Assembly (NCBI GenBank): GCA_049517335.1
Contig: JBEKSD010000005.1
Coordinates: 1 to 64,000, forward strand
DNA length: 64,000 nucleotides
Source: Candidatus Omnitrophota bacterium
Lineage (GTDB): Bacteria > Omnitrophota > Gorgyraeia > Gygaellales > Profunditerraquicolaceae
Reading direction: 5' to 3'
Below the pieces are notes generated by a model, which made no database searches, was not told the origin of the DNA, and worked only from the letters and a program-made list of their open reading frames with translations. Numbering within the stretch: position 1 is the stretch's first letter; each line of letters begins with the position of its first letter. Of this stretch, positions 59,691 through 64,000 are shown piece after piece. A program made the translations under genes and the position numbers.

Positions 59691-61190
59691 TCATCGGCTG
59701 CGTGCTTTATTAACCAACTCCTCATCATTAACAGCTTCATCCGGGAAAGTAGCGGTCCCTAAATTTATCCGGATTTCCTCCAATAAATCTTTTTTCTCGC
59801 TATTATACGCCTTAAGGGCATCTTCAAGACGACCCTTCACCGTAAAGACACCTTCTTTTTTGACATCTGGGAGGAGGATAATAACCTCCTCTTTATTTTT
59901 TACGAGCATGTCGGTAACTCTTCTGAGCGTCTTTTTGGCTACTTCTTCCAAATCGCCGATGATTTGGCGGACTGTTTCCGTCCCCAGTTTTTTCAAGGCA
60001 CCTTGCAAATCATCAAGGGAAATAATAATGATTGAAAATTTAGTCCCTTTGCTTTCCGCTTCTTTAATCCCGTTATGGATATATTCTTTAAAGACAGCCT
60101 CGCTACTTAAGATAGGCAGGGTAAATATAAACTTGCTCCCTTTCCCGAGTTCGCTTTCTACCCGGATTTTCCCACCGTACATCTGGACTAGCCCTTTGGT
60201 TATGGAGAGGCCTAATCCTGTGCCCTTTGACCCGCCTCCCACAGCCCTACCGATCTGTGTAAACCTACTGAAGAGCTTATCTTTGTTCTCCGGGGCAATA
60301 CCGATACCGCTGTCGCTTACGCTGCACTCCACCTCTCTTTCTCCCACTTTTATTTCCACGGTAATCCTGCCGTTCTCCGGCGTGAACTTAATGGCATTAT
60401 GGATTAGATTGGTAAATATCTGAGTTATCCTGTCTGGGTCGGCATAAATATTCAATACGCGTTGAGAGGGGAATAATGTCTCCAAAACGATATTTTTTGC
60501 ATCCGCACTGGCTTTGAGCATAGTAACCGTTTCCTTTGCCAAACCCACAATATCCACCGGATTCTTTCTTATCAGTATTTTTTTTGCTTCAATCTTGGAA
60601 ATATCAAGCAGGTCGGTCACTATGCGGCCTAAGCGTTCAATATTAGCCTTGATAATATCAAGATATTCTCTCTGTTTTTCATTGATTTTACCCGGAACCC
60701 CATCCAGCATTATTGAGGTAAACTCCTTCATCGTAGCCAAAGGCGTACGCAGCTCATGAGAAACGGTGCCGATAAATTCGTCTTTTAGTTCATCCAGCGT
60801 CCTGCGTTCATTAACCTCACATTTTAGCCTTTCTGCTTCTTTAAGCAGAGTGATATCCTGGATTAATATAAGGTGACTGCGTTTCTTATTCCATTCTATC
60901 TCCACGCTGCGCATCTGCAGCGTGCCGGTCTTACCGTCTTTCTGGATTATATTGATTTCCGTCATTTCACCGTTCATTACCGGTACTCCGAACGGGTAGC
61001 TCAGGAGCTTATTCTTTTGAAGACCAAAGAAAGATTCTGCTGCCGGGTTGGCAAAACAAACAATCCCTTCATTATCCACGACAATCATACCGTCCGGGTT
61101 TTTTTCAAAGATAGTGCGCAGATGGCGCTGGCTGGCCCGGAGGATCTTGTCTTCTTCTTTGAGCTTTTCAAAATGCCCAATCTTAACCAT
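59691..61190 (-). CDS. PAS sensor histidine kinase with a degenerate GGDEF-like C-terminal domain
   Basis: SHELRTP, NAIKF, DSGIG, GTGLGL; C-terminal GGDEF-like fold with NKEE in place of GGDEF. Confidence 0.88.
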   Translation of the reverse strand: MVKIGHFEKLKEEDKILRASQRHLRTIFEKNPDGMIVVDNEGIVCFANPAAESFFGLQKNKLLSYPFGVPVMNGEMTEINIIQKDGKTGTLQMRSVEIEWNKKRSHLILIQDITLLKEAERLKCEVNERRTLDELKDEFIGTVSHELRTPLATMKEFTSIMLDGVPGKINEKQREYLDIIKANIERLGRIVTDLLDISKIEAKKILIRKNPVDIVGLAKETVTMLKASADAKNIVLETLFPSQRVLNIYADPDRITQIFTNLIHNAIKFTPENGRITVEIKVGEREVECSVSDSGIGIAPENKDKLFSRFTQIGRAVGGGSKGTGLGLSITKGLVQMYGGKIRVESELGKGSKFIFTLPILSSEAVFKEYIHNGIKEAESKGTKFSIIIISLDDLQGALKKLGTETVRQIIGDLEEVAKKTLRRVTDMLVKNKEEVIILLPDVKKEGVFTVKGRLEDALKAYNSEKKDLLEEIRINLGTATFPDEAVNDEELVNKARSR

Positions 61191-61211
61191 AACTTACTTT
61201 TTTCCCCTATC

Positions 61212-61496
61212 TTAAAGCAGGTCCAACCCCAAAAGTACCTTTTCCTTGTTGCTAAAATCCCCAATAACCCTCTTTACCGGCTCCGGAAGTACCCTCGCCA
61301 GAGTAGGCGTAGCTAAGATATTCTCGTCCTCGGCCAATTGTCGATTTTCCAGGACATCAATTATTTTTAACTCAAGCATATCCTTAAATTCATCGGAGAA
61401 AATCTTATTCAGATTTTGTATGGCCCGGATTGAATTCGGGGTGCGGCCGGCTACATAGAGTTTTAATATATATTTATTTTTTCCCGCCATTTTCAT
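61212..61496 (-). CDS. kaiB: KaiB-family protein
   Basis: [33 protein letters not shown]. Confidence 0.93.
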   Translation of the reverse strand: MKMAGKNKYILKLYVAGRTPNSIRAIQNLNKIFSDEFKDMLELKIIDVLENRQLAEDENILATPTLARVLPEPVKRVIGDFSNKEKVLLGLDLL

Positions 61497-61565
61497 CCCA
61501 CTTTCTTTTTAGGCATTTTTTTATCTATAGTTAAGTATTTTATCTTAATTAATGAGACTTTTCAA

Positions 61566-63074
61566 TCATTTTTCTACTGAAGGAAGAGAAATAATGAACT
61601 TACTGCCTTTGCCAAGCACTGACTCAACGCGGATAGAGCCGCCGTAACCTGAAACCAAACGCTTTACAAGCGGCAAACCCAGCCCTGCGCCTGAGATATT
61701 TCCTGTGAAATATTTCTCTATCTGGTAGAATTTTTCAAAAATCTTATCATATTCCTCCGGAGGAATGCCCGGACCGTTATCAGTAACGCATACCTCTATT
61801 CTTCCCGCAACCCTGCTGATACCTATCGTTATCTTAGCTGCTTCTTTGTCATTAAACTTGACCGCGTTATCTACAAGATTAAAAATAATAAGATCCAAAT
61901 ATTTACGGGAGATATTTACGACGATGCCCTTTCCGGAACAGTTAATATTAAATTCAACCTTCTTTTCTCTTGCAGCCCTAATCAGGGAATCAAGTAACTC
62001 CTTCAGGTAAATATCTGCCTGTATGGGTTCCGATCTAAAATCCAGCTCCTTACTGTTTATAGTAGTAAAGGTGAGTAGGTTTGCTACCAAGCTTTTAAGC
62101 TGGAATGTTTTATCCATAATGCCGTCTATGCACTCTTTTTGCTCACCTGTCAGATTCCCCAATGCGCCTTCCTGCAACAGCAATGCCGACTGATTAATTG
62201 TATTAGTAGGGGTGCTTAATTTATGCGAAATCAGGCTCAGAAAATCCTGCTTCAATATTTCTTCTTTACGGGCCTCAGTCACGTTACGGAAAAGCATGAT
62301 AATATTTTCCGTATCGCCGCGGGGGTCTTTAAGGACATTCGCATCCGCTTCAAGATATAAGGCTTTGAACCCTTCCGATTCCCTGCGCACGATATCAAAT
62401 TCCTTATGTGCTACGGAAAAATCAAGCAGCTCTTCCCTGCTGATGGATACGGAATAATTATCAAAAATTATCTCCGCTAAACTCCGCTCCTCCGCTTGTC
62501 TAATACCCAGATATTTTCTTGCGGCAATATTCGCATACTTTATTCTCCAATCTAGATTACAGGAAATTATCCCCTCGCTTAAATTCTCAATAACGCTCTC
62601 AAACCTTTCCTCCGACGCCTCTTTCAACTTGGTGATATCGTTACCCACACAAAGCACTTCTTTCAGGCGCTTCTCTTTATCAAGGATAGGCCTGTTGCTC
62701 CAGGATATCCATACACGTTGCCCGCTGCGCAGCATATTTTCATTCTCATTATTAAGATACTTCCGGGGATTCAGCATGATATCGCCAATCATGGCTTTAA
62801 GGTCTTGACCCAAAGTACCGGTTGAGGGCACTATTGTGCCGATTACGCTTTTACCTAAAATTTCTTCCTCTTTATATCCGAAAAAATTCTGGGCGAATTC
62901 ATTAAAAAAGATGACTCTGCCTTCGGTGTCCATGCGTAGGATAATACTGTTGACATCCTCAACGAGGACACGGTATTTCTCTTCATTCCTCCGCAATTCC
63001 TCGTTGGCCTGCGCAAGTTCCGCTGTGCGTTTAGAGAGTTCTCCCGCTATCTTCCGGCGGCTGCTTTCAGTCAT
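61566..63074 (-). CDS. Double-PAS sensor histidine kinase
   Basis: Two PAS domains; SHKLSTP, NAVKF, DNGPG, GAGLGL. Confidence 0.9.
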   Translation of the reverse strand: MTESSRRKIAGELSKRTAELAQANEELRRNEEKYRVLVEDVNSIILRMDTEGRVIFFNEFAQNFFGYKEEEILGKSVIGTIVPSTGTLGQDLKAMIGDIMLNPRKYLNNENENMLRSGQRVWISWSNRPILDKEKRLKEVLCVGNDITKLKEASEERFESVIENLSEGIISCNLDWRIKYANIAARKYLGIRQAEERSLAEIIFDNYSVSISREELLDFSVAHKEFDIVRRESEGFKALYLEADANVLKDPRGDTENIIMLFRNVTEARKEEILKQDFLSLISHKLSTPTNTINQSALLLQEGALGNLTGEQKECIDGIMDKTFQLKSLVANLLTFTTINSKELDFRSEPIQADIYLKELLDSLIRAAREKKVEFNINCSGKGIVVNISRKYLDLIIFNLVDNAVKFNDKEAAKITIGISRVAGRIEVCVTDNGPGIPPEEYDKIFEKFYQIEKYFTGNISGAGLGLPLVKRLVSGYGGSIRVESVLGKGSKFIISLPSVEK

Positions 63075-63399
63075 AAGTTGTTAAGGATTATATCGGTTGT
63101 AGTAAGTTGGCGGGTAAAAAGCATGGCCCTATTATAACAAATGGCGGGCAAAACAACAACTAATTTTAGAAGAGAAACCTTATCCGGATTATTGCTTCTT
63201 ATAATACCTCAGGCTCTTTTCAAGGCATTTATAATCATCAATTTGGCAATGCAGTTGCTGATTGCTTCCCATAATATGTTTATTAAATAGTTATGGCTTT
63301 ATAGATGTTAGCTATACAACAATACGAGTAACTTGTGAGTAGGCTGATTCTGCCTTTTTTGACTTTTTCTCTACTAAGGGTGAGGCTAAAGGACGGGTA

Positions 63400-63954
63400 T
63401 TAAGTTTTAAAGTAACTTAATATTTCTTCCAATTCATTGGCTTTTTTTAAAACGGCTTCCTTATCTTCGCTTACGTTCCGCAGAGAATCTTTAAGCTCGC
63501 CTATCTTTTTCTTCAACTCTAAATGCTTTGCGATTAAGACAGCGCTCATATCTGTAAGCGAAGTTGACAACTCTTTAAGCTGGTCATTACTTCTCGTTGC
63601 GAAATTTACTTTTAAATCACCGTCTTTAAGCTTGCCTAGCTCTTTATTCAACCTGAAAAGCGGCCCTTCAATCCTGTGCCAGGTTAATACCGTAAGGAAA
63701 ATTACGGAGAGCCCTGCTAAAGCGATAACAATAGAGATCGTCTCCATGACGACCGGAAGGATAAAATTCGGCGTGCTCCTGACCGCCGTGGCGTGGATAT
63801 TCTCTGTAGTAACTATCGTGAAATACTTTAGCAGAAAAAACAGCAAAGTTCCGATAACCAACGAAGAGACAACCACAATGATAGAGAATTTTACTATGAA
63901 TTTAGTCTGAAAACTTTTGTCTATAAAATAATTTCTGCGTTTATAGTCTTCCAT
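63400..63954 (-). CDS. Two-TM HAMP-domain protein
   Basis: KRRNYFID, two TMs, HRIEGPL...GDL...RSNDQL (HAMP); AGGAGG RBS. Confidence 0.75.
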   Translation of the reverse strand: MEDYKRRNYFIDKSFQTKFIVKFSIIVVVSSLVIGTLLFFLLKYFTIVTTENIHATAVRSTPNFILPVVMETISIVIALAGLSVIFLTVLTWHRIEGPLFRLNKELGKLKDGDLKVNFATRSNDQLKELSTSLTDMSAVLIAKHLELKKKIGELKDSLRNVSEDKEAVLKKANELEEILSYFKT

Positions 63955-64000
63955 ATCATACCTCCTTTTAGGGAACCCTTCCTATTCTTTATTATTATAA

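Noticed and set aside
642-63910. Many short ORFs antisense to or nested in identified genes (e.g. 642-1028, 9224-9790, 59860-60423, 63437-63910)
   Set aside because: Shadow ORFs with no recognisable motifs.
1-64000. CRISPR array, tRNA or rRNA genes
   Set aside because: No regularly spaced 25-40 bp repeats, cloverleaf/T-loop signatures or rRNA-like tracts were seen, including at the island edges.

Overview
Bacterial chromosomal window of roughly 40% GC with almost all genes on the minus strand. Gene content resembles an anaerobe of Candidatus Omnitrophota (inference). From left to right: (1) the end of a signalling pair. (2) An AT-rich island (~1030-6410) with an HTH gene behind a structured leader and five orphan cargo genes, including a PIN-HEPN protein and a permuted NlpC/P60-like protein. 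The cargo is separated by three directly repeated ~94-bp composite sites built like tyrosine-recombinase att sites (core inverted repeat, 25-bp dyad, paired arm repeats); no integrase is in view. (3) Housekeeping and transport genes: nitroreductase, YbgC, ACT, MFS, AbrB-TolC-MacAB. (4) An oxidative-stress/ferredoxin operon: SOR, Tpx-PCD fusion, Fd, 2-oxoacid:Fd oxidoreductase. (5) A complete IS6-family element with 22-bp IRs, an 8-bp TSD and two passenger genes. (6) An Mla/Pqi-type ABC system, a standalone PAS protein and a pilin. (7) An ABC-2 efflux operon whose TolC carries an N-terminal winged-helix domain. (8) A low-GC Wzm/Wzt glycan locus with decayed flanks, then GT-C-like glycosylation genes. 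(9) A type IV pilus/T2SS-like operon with a minor pilin fused to a SUEL-type lectin domain, preceded by receivers, two PAS kinases and an orphan kaiB. No rRNA, tRNA or CRISPR array was seen. All calls come from reading motifs by eye; no database searches were run.
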